DNA of 64,000 nt from contig NW_024704742.1 of NCBI RefSeq assembly GCF_018977255.1, forward strand, positions 139,130,001 through 139,194,000. Reading direction: 5' to 3'. Made by a program: the position numbers and the translations under genes. The DNA comes from Callorhinchus milii. Taxonomy: Eukaryota. Below the pieces are notes generated by a model. That model was not told the origin of the DNA. It made no database searches and saw only the letters and a list, made by a program, of their open reading frames with translations. Positions 48,531-61,540 of this stretch are shown piece by piece; the first letter of the stretch is position 1; each line of letters opens with the position of its first letter.

Positions 48531-48946
48531 CATGTGTGTGCACTCGCATACATAATGCACTACTTGTGTACACGACCTGCTATGTGCTCCTCGGATGCAT
48601 ATCACATTCAACAACAACGCCTTACACTTACACAGGGCCTTTTATAAGGTTGGCACCCGAGCTGTGGGTTGGGATCAGGAGGGGTGGCGGGCAGGGAGAC
48701 TAAGGGGTAGGAGGGTGACCGAAGGCATGGCTGAAGAGGAGGGTCTTGTGACGTGCCTATAAGAAGGCAACGGAGGGAGAGATGTAGGTGCAAGACAGCA
48801 GCGTCTCATCACAGAGTCAAGTTTGTGGCCTCACATCTTGCATCACATAGTCCAGGCTGACAATCTAGTGCAGTGTTGGGAGAGCTTTACACTGTAAGAA
48901 CATAAAACCACGGTCCCATCTGGGCCTGTTTGGGTGGACGTTAAAG

Positions 48947-49269
48947 ATAATAATAATAATCCTTGTATTTGATACAGTGCCTTATCACATCTTCGAGACA
49001 TCTCAAAGCGCTTCACAGAATATACTGTAAAGTGAATTGATTGTATATTTTGTGGGGCCAAACGTGACAGCCAATTGTGCAAAGCAGTGTCCCACAAACA
49101 GTCGTGGATTAAAGTGACTAATTTATTACTGTTAAGGGTCTATTACTCCCAGAAAAGCGAGTTGTGCGGAGTAAGAAAACTTGCCTATCGTTTCACGCTG
49201 TCCGTAATCGAACCACAGTCCTCTCACTTGCGAGGCAAGTTCTCTAACCACTAAGTTGCAGGACTCCAC
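48947..49269 (-). mobile_element. Older tRNA-derived SINE
   Basis: (ATT)n tail, core, and head ending GGACTCCAC on +. Confidence 0.87.
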
Positions 49270-49663
49270 AGGCGCTACTGAAAAATAGATGGCAGTTTAT
49301 CCCAATCTCATGGTTAACAATCCCTAGAGATGACACTGGTGACTGACTCCATGGTTATGAGTCAGAGGAGGATGTTATGTTGGCCACAATACACACAGAC
49401 AAACATTGTACAGTAAATGATGTGAAGCAGTTTGAGACAGTTTGACATGTGAAAAGGGCTGATACCCAAAGTATTACTGTTCCACATTGGCAGCTCCGAG
49501 TCTGACACGACAGACATTAAGTGTTATGTTGAGCACAGTGTCGCTCAGTGTCGCTCAGTGTGTGGGAGAAACTTGGACTGTGAATTAATCCTCACCCACG
49601 TGTCACTCTCGTTGTAAAAGGCTTTAGACGGGTTCAGGAGGAGCGGATGGACTGAGATCTCAC

Positions 49664-50408
49664 CTGAATGACACGTCCCCAAAGACATCAGATTCAAATC
49701 AATCCACAAATGATCTCCTCTCCAACAGCGCCGAGACATTAGCTCTTCAGTCCAGATGTCAACAAACAGCCCAGACCAGAAGCAATCCAGATGTGTATCT
49801 GCATATCTGACAGGTCGGCAGTCTGACTGGTTTTGTCCTCACACACCCCGGGCGGGGGGTCGGGGCTGAGGGTTAGGGTGGGGATCGGGGCTGAGGCTGA
49901 GGGTCGGGGGATCGGGGCTGAGGCTGAGGGTCGGGGGGTCGGGGCTGAGGCTGAGGGTCGGGGGGTCGGGGCTGAGGCTGAGGGTCGGGGGGTCGGGGCT
50001 GAGGCTGAGGGTCGGGGGTCGGGGCTGAGGCTGAGGGTCGGGGGTCGGGGCTGAGGCTGAGGGTCGGGGGATCGGGGCTGAGGCTGAGGGTCGGGGGGTC
50101 GGGGCTGAGGCTGAGGGTCGGGGGTCGGGGCTGAGGCTGAGGGTCGGGGCTGAGACTGAGGGTCGGGGCTGAGACTGAGGGTCGGGGTGGGGATGGTGGT
50201 GGGGGTCGGGGCTGAGGGTCGAGGCTGGGGGTCAGGGCTGGGGGTGGTGGTGGGGGTCGGGGCTGAGGGTCGAGGCTGGGGGTCAGGGCTGGGGGTGGTG
50301 GTGGGGGTCGGGGCTGAGGGTCGAGGCTGGGGGTCAGGGCTGCTGCTGCTGCTGCTGGTGGTGGTGGTGGTGGGGGGGTGGGGGGGGGGTCGGGAGTCGG
50401 TGATGACT
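49664..50408 (-). other. Candidate non-coding first exon of the GDNF-like gene
   Basis: Starts ~31 nt after the TATA box; donor CAG|GTGAGA at 49663-49662 (alternative TGG|GTGAGG at 49595-49594). Confidence 0.4.
49852..50395. repeat. G-rich ~24-bp minisatellite (GGGGCTGAGGCTGAGGGTCGGGGG) and derivatives
   Basis: Direct inspection. Confidence 0.92.
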
Positions 50409-50500
50409 GTAAAGTTGGGGAATTTCCTGCAGTTTTATACCGCGACGATCCTCAGCAAAAGGCCCTGTGATTGGTCTCCAGGTCTGAGGAGGCGGAGCCT
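50405..50500 (-). promoter_or_regulatory. Candidate core promoter: GC box, CCAAT, TATA, NF-kB site, Inr-like
   Basis: Minus strand: CCAAT 50474-50470, TATAAAA 50439-50433, CAGT Inr-like at ~50408; GGGAATTTCC 50418-50427; GGCGGAG ~50490-50496; same orientation as the gene. Confidence 0.6.
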
Positions 50501-50511
50501 CAGCTTCACAG

Positions 50512-51200
50512 GAGCCCCTCCCCTTCTCACACAGCCCCTCCCCAACCCACATAGCCACTCCCCACCCACATAGCCCCGCCCCCTCACACACAGCCCCTCC
50601 CCCACCTACATAGCCCCTCCCCTAACCACATAGCCCCTCCCTCTCACACACACGCCTCCCCCACCCACACAGCCCCTCCCCCTCACACACAGCCCCTCCC
50701 CCACCTACATAGCCCCTCCCCTAACCACATAGTCCCTCCCTCATCCACATAGCCCCTCCCCCACCCACGCAGCCCCTCCACTCACACACAGCCCCGCTCC
50801 CTCTTATACAGCCCCTCCCCCACCCACACAGCCCCTCCCCCACCCACACAGCCCCTCCCCCTCACACACAGCCCCGCCCCCTCACACACAGCCCCTCCCC
50901 CACCCAGACAGCCCCTCCCCCACCCACACAGACCTTCCCCACACACAGCCCCTCCCCCTCTCACACAGCCCTCCCCCTCTCACACAGCCCCGCCCCCCTC
51001 ACACAGCCCCTCCCTCTCTCAAACAGCCTCGTCCACTCTTGCACAGCCCCTCCCACACTTGCATATCCCCTCCCACTCTTGCACAGCCCCTCCCCCACTT
51101 ACAGAGCCCCACCCCTTCCACCCAACCCCTCCCCCTCTCACACAGCCCCTCTACATCTCACGTTGCTCCTCCTCTATTCGCACAGCCCCTTCTCCCTCTC
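50512..51200. repeat. C-rich ~20-22-bp degenerate minisatellite (CACACAGCCCCTCCCC core)
   Basis: Direct inspection. Confidence 0.92.
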
Positions 51201-51274
51201 ACACATCCCCTCCATCAGACTGAGGTGAAGTCAAGTGTTGATCTTTAATTTACTACCAAAAAATGCGAGAGTCT

Positions 51275-51724
51275 GGCTCCACCCACCCCAGCCCGGCTCC
51301 ACCCACCCCAGCCCGGCTCCACCCATCCCAGCCCGGCTCCACCCACCCCAGCCCGGCTCCACCCACCCCAGCCCGGCTCCACCCACCCCAGCCCGGCTCC
51401 ACCCACCCCAGCCCGGCTCCACCCACCCCAGCCCGGCTCCACCCACCCCAGCCCGGCTCCACCCACCCCAGCCCGGCTCCACCCACCCCAGCCCGGCTCC
51501 ACCCACCCCAGCCCGGCTCCACCCACCCCAGCCCGGCTCCACCCACCCCAGCCCGGCTCCACCCACCCCAGCCCGGCTCCACCCACCCCAGCCCGGCTCC
51601 ACCCACCCCAGCCCGGCTCCACCCACCCCAGCCCGGCTCCACCCACCCCAGCCCGGCTCCACCCACTCCAGCCCGGCTCCACCCACCCCAGCCCGGCTCC
51701 ACCCACTCCAGCCCGGCTCCACCC
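51275..51724. repeat. Near-perfect 20-bp minisatellite GGCTCCACCCACCCCAGCCC x~22.5
   Basis: Only 3 single-base variants seen. Confidence 0.97.
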
Positions 51725-51769
51725 AGCGCCTCAGTGGCTGATGTGAACAGAGGAACTTGGGGACTACAC

Positions 51770-51949
51770 CTGTGTTTTTCTCTCATTCTTATTCCATTTC
51801 TGGGGTCTAACATGCACTGCTCATCGAATTCTGGAGAGTATTAGCACAGATTGGCAACAGACGAAGCTTGCGGGACACCAGAGTGGATGTTGGGATAAAT
51901 GCTGGAACCTAACCAACAAAAACCACATTGATATCACTGTCTGGCAACT
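51770..51949 (-). mobile_element. Unclassified interspersed repeat, copy 3
   Basis: Reverse complement aligns by eye to 3780-3990 without the TTAGGG tract. Confidence 0.65.
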
Positions 51950-52010
51950 AAGAATATAGTTAATATATTCTTGGTTGTGTGGTTATTTCTCCAAATTGCA
52001 GATCAGACCA

Positions 52011-53265
52011 GAACAACAACAACAAAATTACATTGGTATAGCGCCTTTCAAGTTGGGAGAATGACCCAAGGCACTAAACAATTAGTGTTTTGAAACCGAG
52101 TTGGGGGTCGGGATTGGGGAGGGTGGAGGGTAGCGGGGGAATGAGGGTGATCGAAAGCACGGTCAAGAGAAGGGTCTTGAGACAGGTCTTGAGAAGGTGG
52201 CAAGGGAGGGGGTGAGGCGGAGGGACTGCAGGATGGAGTTCCAGAGGGTGGAGGCAGAGTGGCAGAAGGCCCGCCCACCAATGGCGAGACAGGGAATGTG
52301 AAGCAGGCCAGAGGCTGCTGAGCAGAGGGAGTGGGTAAGTTGGTAAGGGTTAGGAGGTCGCAGAAATTGGGGGGAGCAAGACCATGGAGGGCTTTGACAA
52401 TGAGGACCAGGATCTTGAACTCTATCCTTTGTTTGATGGGAAGCCAGTGGAGTTGGGTGAGAATGGGGGTGATAGGGTCACTGAGTCTAGTGCAGGAGAG
52501 GATGCAGGCTGCAGAGTTCTGGATGATCTGCAGCTTGTGGAGGGCGGAGTTGGGGAGGCTGACAAGCAGGGATTTCGTGTAGTTGACCTGGATGTTATGA
52601 ATGTGTGTGTGAGGGTTTCAGCGACTCGCGGTGTGAGACAGTGGACAGTGGCGGAGTCAGGTGATTCTGCAGAGGAGAGGAAGGCAGAGCAGGACATGCA
52701 TGGATGTGGGGTAGAAAGGATAGTTGAGCATCAAACAAGGCACCAAGTTTCCGGACTGGCTCAGTGAAGTGGAGTGTGCATTAATGAATGGTGATGCTGT
52801 CAGCACCTTAGGTGTAGAGGCGCTGACCGGAACCAATCAGAGCCTCGGTCTTGTTGTCATTCAACTGTAGGAAGTTTGCTCTCATCCAGGACTTGACGTC
52901 TGACAGACCTTGTGTCAGGACAGCATTGGGTCCTGGAGTCAAGGGTGGAGGCAGAGAGATAAGAGTTTGGTGTCATCTGCATACATGTGGAAGTTGACCC
53001 CATGTCTGCCATGATGTCACCAAGAGGAAGCATATAGATATTGAAGAGGAGGAGACTAAGGACAGAGCCCTGGGGGTCGCCGCACGAGGTGGTGTGGGGG
53101 CTAGAAGAGAAAACGTTTGTGGAGATGAAGTGGAGGTGTTTTGAGAGGTACGATCTGAACCAGTCAAGGACAGAGCCGCGAAGGTTGAGGTGAGAGGAGA
53201 AGCGGTGGAGGAGAATAAAATAGTCAATGGTATCGAAGGCAGCAGAGAGATCAAGGAGGATGAGA
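52011..53265 (-). mobile_element. L2 LINE fragment, degenerate
   Basis: (CAA)n tail; similar to other L2 RT C-terminal copies. Confidence 0.85.
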
Positions 53266-54918
53266 ACAACTCAGGATGGTAGTGTTGATGTTGGAACACC
53301 ATTGATCTGGAGAGATGACCTGCAGGTTCCCTTTCAAGATTGAAGCTTTTGGCAAAACAACTGAACAAAGAAGGAAGATTTCCTTGAATTCTGAGATGGT
53401 CCTCTGCCTCCCTTCTCATGTTCATGAGGTAAAACAGGTGTTCATCCTGTTTTACCTGTTTTACCATGTATCAAAAACATGGGAAGGATGTCGTCCCATG
53501 TCGTACCTTGCCTGTGAGAGGAGGAACATGTGAAATTAAAGACTTTGCTAATCAAGATAATTGTCCTCAAATCTGTTTGGACTTTCACAAGATTATTTCA
53601 AAGATTCTTTTTTACTTCTTTTGACCAGAAGATTGTGTTCTTTAGGTATTTATGTCACATTTGTATTATTTATAATTCTCCTGCTTGATAAATATGGATA
53701 TGTACAAAATGTAAATTGGATATTGCTCGTCAGAAAATGTGCTACTTTCCATTTACTAAATGAGACAATGTTAATATATTTAATAACAATATTAAATGGA
53801 AACTGAATAGAGGCCTCTCATTATTTAGAAAGATTGTGTCACCTGAAAGTGGTGCTCAGCTTCCTGAGGAACATGGCTTTTCCTGTGTGAATTGTAATCC
53901 TAATTTTTCTTTCTCCTTTATCACCACCTTTCCACTTTCACCAAAAAAGCCACAAACTCTAAGGAGCAAAATCTGCAAATGTACACATTGGTGCTGCACA
54001 TGATGTATTTGTCAACCAGGACTCTGTAATGTCATTAGTACAGATTTACAATTTTACTCTGACAGTTGTATACAAATAGTAGCATCGCTTCCCCAGTCTT
54101 TAGCCTGAGCTTTGTTGAATGGTTTAATTTCCCTCCCTTTACAATTTGATTTCAACAATGTGTCATTTTACCAGTCTGTATCAGTGCCTCACTCACATTT
54201 CCATCTTCCATATTTATTGTGTAATGTCCATGCAATCTACCCTTCCACTTTCCTCATTCCTTGTTTCCCTGGGGAGTGCGGCTGACGAGTGGCAAATGTT
54301 ATTTAATGTGGACAAATGCAGAGTGTCAAACCTAATAATACTCACACTCTGTGCCTGCCTTTGTTCCCTTGTCCACAGTTTGACTGTTGTTTCTGGAAGC
54401 AGCCCTCAGCAGTGCAGGTGTAACCAGATCCCAGCTCTGGCGGCTTTGTTTGGATTTAGACTCTCACATCCATCATGTGACCTCCTTTGAATCAGTGACT
54501 GGAGTTGCTGTGTGGATTAATGTGCCCTGTGTGCTGGGCGATGTGTTAGGCCACATGTAGGTAACTTTGCTGAGCTTAACAGCAGTACAATAAATTGAGG
54601 AATTGTTTGACATGTCCCAGATTACAATAGGGAAGGGATGATCTAATTTAACTGGTATCGGAGCTGGATAAACATTCCTTGGGATGGACTGTTTGACTCC
54701 ATTCTGATCTCACGACAAGCGTTTCATTAATCACAGTAGATTCTCACAATGACTGAAAGAGGCTCACTTTTGTTTGAGTCAGCCAGGTGTTTGACACGTG
54801 CGGAAACCCATCACTGTATTTAAGAATATTCGAAACAGCTTGAGAGTTACACATATATATGCCACTTATGCAAACAGGAGATCACAAGATTGGTTTGGAT
54901 GAAGAAGGAATTTTATCT

Positions 54919-55530
54919 GTGAAATCCTGTAACTTAGTGCTTAGAGCACTCACATCGCAAGCGAGAGGATCTGGGTTCGATTCCTGGGCAGGGCGAAACG
55001 TTGGGCAGGTTTCTTTACTCCACACACCTCTGTTTACCTAACAGTAAGTAGGAACCCAGTTGTTAGTAATAGAATCATAAAATCATACAGCACAGAAGGA
55101 GGCCATTCGGTACATCATGTCTGTGACGGCTCTTTGAAAAGACCTTCCAATTCAATCCCACTCCCCCGCTCTCTCCCCCTCCCCATAGCCCTGCAAACTT
55201 GTCCTCCCCAAATAATTATCCACTTCTCTCTTAAAAGTTGTTGTTGAATCGGCTTCCACCAGCCTTTCAGGTAATGCATTCCTTAGTCAATTGACAGATC
55301 GCTTTTCTGGCAGTAATAATTCCTTCCAAAAAAACAATAATTTTATCACTCAAACCATGACTGTTTGTGGACACTGCTGTGCACAATTGGCTGCCACATT
55401 TTGCCCACAAAATGTACAGTGAATTCCCTTTGCAGTATATTTTGTGAAGCTCTTTGAGATGTCTCGAAGATGTGATAAAGCGCTATATCAAATAATAATC
55501 ATTTGCAAGGATTATTATGTTATTATTATC
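54919..55530 (+). mobile_element. Older SINE split by a CR1 3' tail (~55069-55282, minus)
   Basis: tRNA head with GGTTCGATTCC; core at 55365-55400; CR1 tail ATAGAATCAT..GGCCATTCGG. Confidence 0.83.
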
Positions 55531-55989
55531 TCATGTTTCTAGAATACCCACCCTCCCATCTACCCATCAGGGAATCAAGCTGTCCTGGCCTCATGGGCCT
55601 TCCAATTTAACCTGTTCCAATCAGTAAGTACCCTCTGGGTAAGGAAAGAAGTCCTGGTGTCTGTCCTGAAATCGGCCATTGCAACTATAACCTCTACAAA
55701 GGTAGGTTAGGTCCAAACCTGCCATAGTCAGGAGGATTATTAGGGAAATGAAGGCCAGGGGATAGCTTCACTCTAAAAAGGAGTGCAAATAGACAAGAAT
55801 GACCCCCAATATTTCTTCCGCTAGATGAAGTTTATTGTAGGCCATGATCAGAACAGTCCCTCTGGATTTGGACCTTGAGAACAGCCATGTGGCTGGCACA
55901 TCACAAGCCATCCTGTAAAGGTCCTACCACCACGTCAGCACCCTAACCCTCAGAAACCTTCCCTTCACCTATCTCTGTTCTGGGCAGAT

Positions 55990-56465
55990 GTCCACTTGGT
56001 GATATCATTTGCAGGCATGTGGTTAACTTCCACATGTATGTTGATGACACCCAACTCTATAACTCTGCCTCCACCCTCCACTCCAGGACCACTGCTGTCC
56101 TGACAGATTGTCTCAGGTGCTGACAACATCACTGTTCATGGATGCAAACTCCATCTCATAGAGGTGGTATAGAACCTTGATGTCTTGTTCGACCCTCAAC
56201 TGTCCTTTAAACACCACACCTGTGCCATGACCTGTTCTGCCTTCTCCCACCCCCATGCTACCTCTCCTCTCAGGCCACCGAGACCCTCATGCATACTTTC
56301 ATCATGTCGAAGCTTGACCATGCTAACTCCCTGCTCACTAGACTTCCCAACTCTTCCCTCCACAAGCTTCAGATTATTCAGAACTCTGCAGCTTGTATGC
56401 TCTCCCACACCAGGCTCCGTGAGCCCATCACCCCATCCTTGCCTGGCACCACTGGTTCTCCATCC
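55990..56465 (+). mobile_element. L2 internal fragments
   Basis: 'HMYVDDTQLY', 'FDPQLSF', 'LQIIQNSAA'. Confidence 0.75.
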
Positions 56466-56527
56466 CTCGCTTGAGATTGCTTTTTTTTGGTCAGAATCGA
56501 GCCCACCCTCTGTGATAGTATCTGCTT

Positions 56528-57330
56528 CCTGAGCCAGGTGGGTCAATAGTATTCCAGGGCACTGCCAATGGCAGCACAACCCAGCCTGGCTCATTAACAG
56601 GAACTGGAAGGGCAACAACAACAAATTATACTTGTATAGCGCCCTTCACATCGGAACGACGTCCCAGGGGCAGACTAGTCCCTGGAGGCAGGGATTCTTT
56701 CTGTTCAGCTCATGTTAACCCTGCAGTAAAAACCCTAATGGGTAGGGTGGTCCTAGCTCGACAAACAGTGGGAAGCTTGACAGACAGTGCTCTCAATGGC
56801 AAACTATGTGGTTTTAGCAGGTTAAACTCCAGCAATACAATATAATTTTACATTTATATAGCATCTTTCACTTTGGGAAGATGCCTTAAAGTGCTTAAAT
56901 ATAATGTCTTGGTCTTTGAGCTGGGGGTGGGGGTGTGGGGCAGGAGGTGGGAGGAGAAAGGTGGCCAAAAACATGGTCAAAGCAATAGGTCTTGAGATGG
57001 ACGTTGAACAAGATGAGGAAGGGAATGAAGAGAATCCAGGAAGTAGGTCCAGAGATTAGGGGCAGAGAGTCTGAAATCCCAGCTGCCGATGATGGGGCAG
57101 GTAAGGCAGGTGTTAAAAAGCAGTCGGTGGTCGCTGAGCAACAGGAGCAGCCATGTTGGTGATGTGGAGGAAGTCACAGAGGTCATCCTAATGGTAACAC
57201 GAATGTGTGTGAAGATGAGAACAAGGATGGGAACCAACATATACTGTGGGGTCCCGAAGCTTTGGTTCTTACCAACCTTCACCTCATGCTCACCAGAATT
57301 AGGTAAGCAGGATGCATCCCTCGAGGGAGA
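56528..57330 (+). mobile_element. Unclassified interspersed repeat, copy 2, split by two L2 tails (56615-56667; ~56835-57228)
   Basis: Homologous to 3598-3995; GGGCA duplicated around the first L2 tail. Confidence 0.7.
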
Positions 57331-57594
57331 GAGTGCATTCATAGAATCATAGAATTATACAGCACAGAAGGAGGCCATTCAGCCCTTACCAGAGAAATAT
57401 CCATGTGTAGGTGCCATATATGGGAAAATCCCAGTCTGCACTGAAGCATGAAAATGGGATTCTGCAAGTGTGAGACATTACCTGAGAAAACCACAGGCTG
57501 TAAGTGCAGGGATAGTGACATCTCATGGCTGTCTGTCATTGTTCTCGAACTGATTTAGAGCCAACTGTATGAAATAGGAACTTACAGGACTTTA

Positions 57595-59850
57595 CAATAC
57601 AACAACAACAAGATTCCATTTATAGAGCGCCTTTCACATCGGGAGGACGTCCCAAGGCACTGTACAGTTGGGTCAGGACCCGAGCATTGGGGGGAAATGG
57701 TGAGGGGAGGGAAGGGAGGGAGGGAGGGAGGGAGGAGGGGGTAGAGAGTCGAGAGGGAGCTGAAGGCACGGTCAAAGAGAAAGGTCTTGAGACCGGCCTT
57801 GAAGGAGGAAAGGGAGGAAGCGGCGAAGGCACTGAGGGATAGAGTTCCAGAGCCTCGGGGCTGAGAGGCTGAAGGCCCGGCCACCGATGGTAGGGTGGTT
57901 GGGGCGGGGGATGTGGAGCAGACCGGAGCCAGAGGAACGGAGGGTACGGGCAGGTAAGTAGGGGGATAGTAGGTCAGAGAGGTAGGAGGGAGCAAGGCCG
58001 TGAATGGCCTTGTAGGTGAGGATGAGGATCTTGAATTCGATCCTCTGGGGGATGGGAAGCCAGTGGAGGCGAGCGAGGGTGGGAGTGATGTGGTCCCGAA
58101 GCCTGGTGCGGGACAGTACACGAGCTGCAGAGTTCTGAATGACCTGCAGCTTGTGGAGGGAGGTGCCGGGAAGGCCGGCGAGGAGAGAGTTCCCATAGTC
58201 CAGCCTTGAGGTGATAAAGGCGTGGACCAGAGTTTCAGCAGCGTGAGGGGTGAGGTAGTGCCGTAGTCTGGCGATGTTCCGGAGGTGATGGAAGGCGGTG
58301 CCAGTTGTGGCGCGGATATGAGGGAGAAAGGACAGCTCAGGGTCGAACAGAACACCGAGGTTCCTGATGGCTTTGAGAGGTGGAGAGTGCAGCCTTGGAT
58401 GCTGATGCTGTCAGCGCCTGAGGTGCGGAGGCGCTGACGTGAGCCAATCAGGAGGGCCTCAGTTTTGCGCACGTTGAGCTGAAGAAAGTTGTCTCTCGTC
58501 CAGGACTCGATGTCGGACAGGCAGCTGTCAGGACATCGGTGGTCGTGGAGTTGAGGGTAGAGGAGGAAAGGTAGAGTTGGGTGTCATCCGCATACATGTG
58601 GAAGTTAACCCCATGTCTGCGGATGATGTCACCAAGGGGGAGCATATAGAGGGTGAAGAGGAGGGGACCGAGGACAGAGCCCTGAGGGACGCCGCACGAG
58701 ACAGTGCGGGGGCTGGAGGAAAAGCCGTTCGTGGAAACAAAGTGAAGACGGTGGGAGAGGTACGACCTAAACCACTCAAGGACAGGGCCTTGAAGGTTGA
58801 GGTGGGAGGACAAGCGGTGGAGGAGGATAGCGTGGTCGACCGTATCGAATGCTGCCGATAGGTCGAGGAGGACGAGGAGGCAGAGGGAGCCCTGGTCGCA
58901 GATGGTCAGGATGTCATTGGTGACCTTGACCAGGGCAGTTTCTGTGCTATAGGCAGCAGGGAAACCCGACTGAAGGGGTTTGAATAATGAATGGGTGGAG
59001 AGGAAAGAGCGCAGCTGGGAGGCGACAACTCTTTCAAGGACCTTGGACAGGAAGGGGAGGTTGGAGATGGGCCAGTTAATTGATAGCTGCGACGCATCAA
59101 GGGAGGGTTTTTTCAAGGTGGGAGTGATGGTGGCAGTTTTTAAGGGAATGGGAACAGAGCCACAGGAGAGGGACAGGTTGACGATGTCCGTGATATATGG
59201 GGCAAGGAGGTGGAGCTGGAAGATAAGGAGTGGAGTGGGGATGGGGTCAAGGGAGCAGGTGGTGGGTTTCAGGGATAGGATGAGTTTGGTGACAGAGGGT
59301 GGGGAAATGGGTTCGAAAGTGTGCAGGGGAGGATGGGTAGGAGTTGGAGTGTGGGAGGGAGGGGGTGGAGGGTGGGTGGAGGTTGGAGGGGAAGTGACCG
59401 TGGAGCGGATTCCCTTGATTTTGGATTCAAGGAAATCCAGCATCTCCTCACAGTGAAGGTTGGAAGAGATGACCTGCGCGGGGTGGCAGGGGGGGACGGA
59501 GGAGTCGGGATGTGGTAGAAAACAGAAGCCTGGGGTTGTTCTTCACCTCCAGGATTATCCTGGAGTGGAAGGACGACTTGGCCGAGGCTAAAGTGGAGCG
59601 GTAGATTTTGAGGAGGTCCAGCCAGAGTTGTAGGTGGACCATTAGGCCAGATTTGAGGCAGATGCGTTCAGCGGCGCGCACCGGGCTCTTCAGTGAGCGG
59701 AGGTGAGTGGTGAACCAGGGGGAGGAGCGAGAGTAGGAGATAGTACGGGAGGTGATGGGGGCAAGAGTGTCGAGTGTGGAGAAGAGGGTGTTGTGGAGGA
59801 GGGTGAGAGGAGAAGAGGGGTCAGTGAGGGTTGAGGGCCAGAGGGAGAGG
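57595..59850 (-). mobile_element. L2 subfamily B, 5'-truncated, long RT frame
   Basis: ORF 58448-59443 with RT motifs through 'YADDTQLY'; (CAA)n tail. Confidence 0.93.
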
Positions 59851-59851
59851 A

Positions 59852-60890
59852 GTTCAACATTGATATAGCGCTTACATGTTGGGAGGACATCGCAAGGCTC
59901 TTGATGGTCCTGGCTTGGCAATGGGCTAAGGGTGTGATCCGCAGGTGGTGGGGGGGGGGGAGAAAGAAAACCAAAGGTGTGGTCAAAGAGGAAGGACTTC
60001 AGACTGATCTTGAAAGAGGCGAATTTGAGGATGAGTTCTGGAGAGTTGGGGCATATAGGCCTGACCACTGATGGTGGCGTGGGGGAAATGAAACTGACTG
60101 ATGCCCTCTGAGCAGAGGAAGTGGGCAGGTTGGTAGAGTTTAAGAAGGTCGCAGAGGTAAGATGGAGCAAGACCATGGACAGATTTGAAAGTGAGGATGA
60201 AGATCTTGAACTCAATCCACTGGGGGAATTGGAAGCCAATGGAGCCAGACAAAGATGGGAATGCTAGGCCCACATGCAGAAAATTACATAAAATACAGAG
60301 CTCTGCATAGTATGTAGCTTATGGGAGAGGGAAGAGTTGGGAAGTTCAGTGTGCAGATAGTTGGTGATGTCTAGTCTGAATGCATGGATTAGAGTGTCAA
60401 TGGCCTGAAGGGTGAGATAGTGGCAGAGGTGGCTAATATTATAGAGATGGGAAAGTTGAGTGGGTCAGCGCATAGATGTGGGGTTTAAATGAAAGTTGAG
60501 TGTCAAACATGATACCAAGGTTCTGCCCTGGATTTCTGAAGTGGAGTGTGTATCCACGTAGATTGATGCTGTCAGCACCTGAGTGAGAGGACGCTGATGG
60601 GAGCCATGCAGGAGGACCTCAGTCTTGTCAACATTCAACTGGAAAAATGTATCTCTCATCCAAGACTTGATGTCTGACAGACAATCAGTCAGGATAGCAG
60701 TGGTCCTAGAGTCGAGGATAGAGGTAGAAAGATAGAGTTGGGTGTTATCCACATAGATGTAGAAGTTAACATGCCTGCAGTTGAAATAGATATTAAGGAG
60801 GAGGGCCAAGGACAGAGCCCTGAGGTATGCAGTACCTGACAGTGTGGGGGCAGGGGAGAAACCACTGCAAGAGACAAAATGTAAATGCTA
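59852..60890 (-). mobile_element. Older L2 fragment
   Basis: 'YVDNTQLY...TDCLSDIKSWM', 'IEFKIFILTFK'. Confidence 0.82.
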
Positions 60891-61540
60891 GGAGGAGAGG
60901 TAAAAATGAAACCAGAAAACGACAGGAAAGGCGAAGAGGCCATTGCCACCCATTTGGCTAAAATCACAAGATCTCAGTTATTCTCCTTTGCTGGGGTGGT
61001 GAGATATTTTCTAAATATTACTTGTTGTAAATTAAGTGAAATAATTGGATATTTTGGTCCAAGGATGTCTGTGTATTGAGAAGGCACAGACCATTGTGAG
61101 GGGTTCACTGGATCTGCCTGTGATGTGATTCTATTGTTCCAGCAGGTAACACAACCCTGTCTGACAGCTAATGTCACAAAGCAGTAATGTGATCAGCACT
61201 TGGATGAACCATTTGTTACTATTCAGGAGTGAAACCAAATGCTCAGTCACCACATTCATCCATCAGGCCTCAATGACAGTCAAAGCATCATAGGAACATT
61301 AATGGACAGTTAGTAACTTAACCCTTTGACGTGTCCATAAGCCTTTGAAATCACAACCTTTTCCGCCAGGTTTTCAATCAGTTTATTTGAATTTAATTCC
61401 CTGTTTCTATCATTCCTTCACATCACGTTTCTATCATTCCTTCACACTGATTTGTCTGTGACATTTATCATAGAATTATACAGCACAAAAGGAACCCATT
61501 CAGCCTGTGTCTGTGGCAGCTCTTTGAAAACAGCTATAAN

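Noticed and set aside
46563..48703. His/Thr-rich ORFs
   Set aside because: Trivial translation of CA-rich low-complexity DNA
51231..51844. Pro-rich and Gly/Trp-rich repeat ORFs
   Set aside because: A stop-free 20-bp minisatellite is open in nearly all frames
58448..59443. Active autonomous LINE ORF
   Set aside because: 5'-truncated, lacks the endonuclease domain and is frameshifted after the YADD motif
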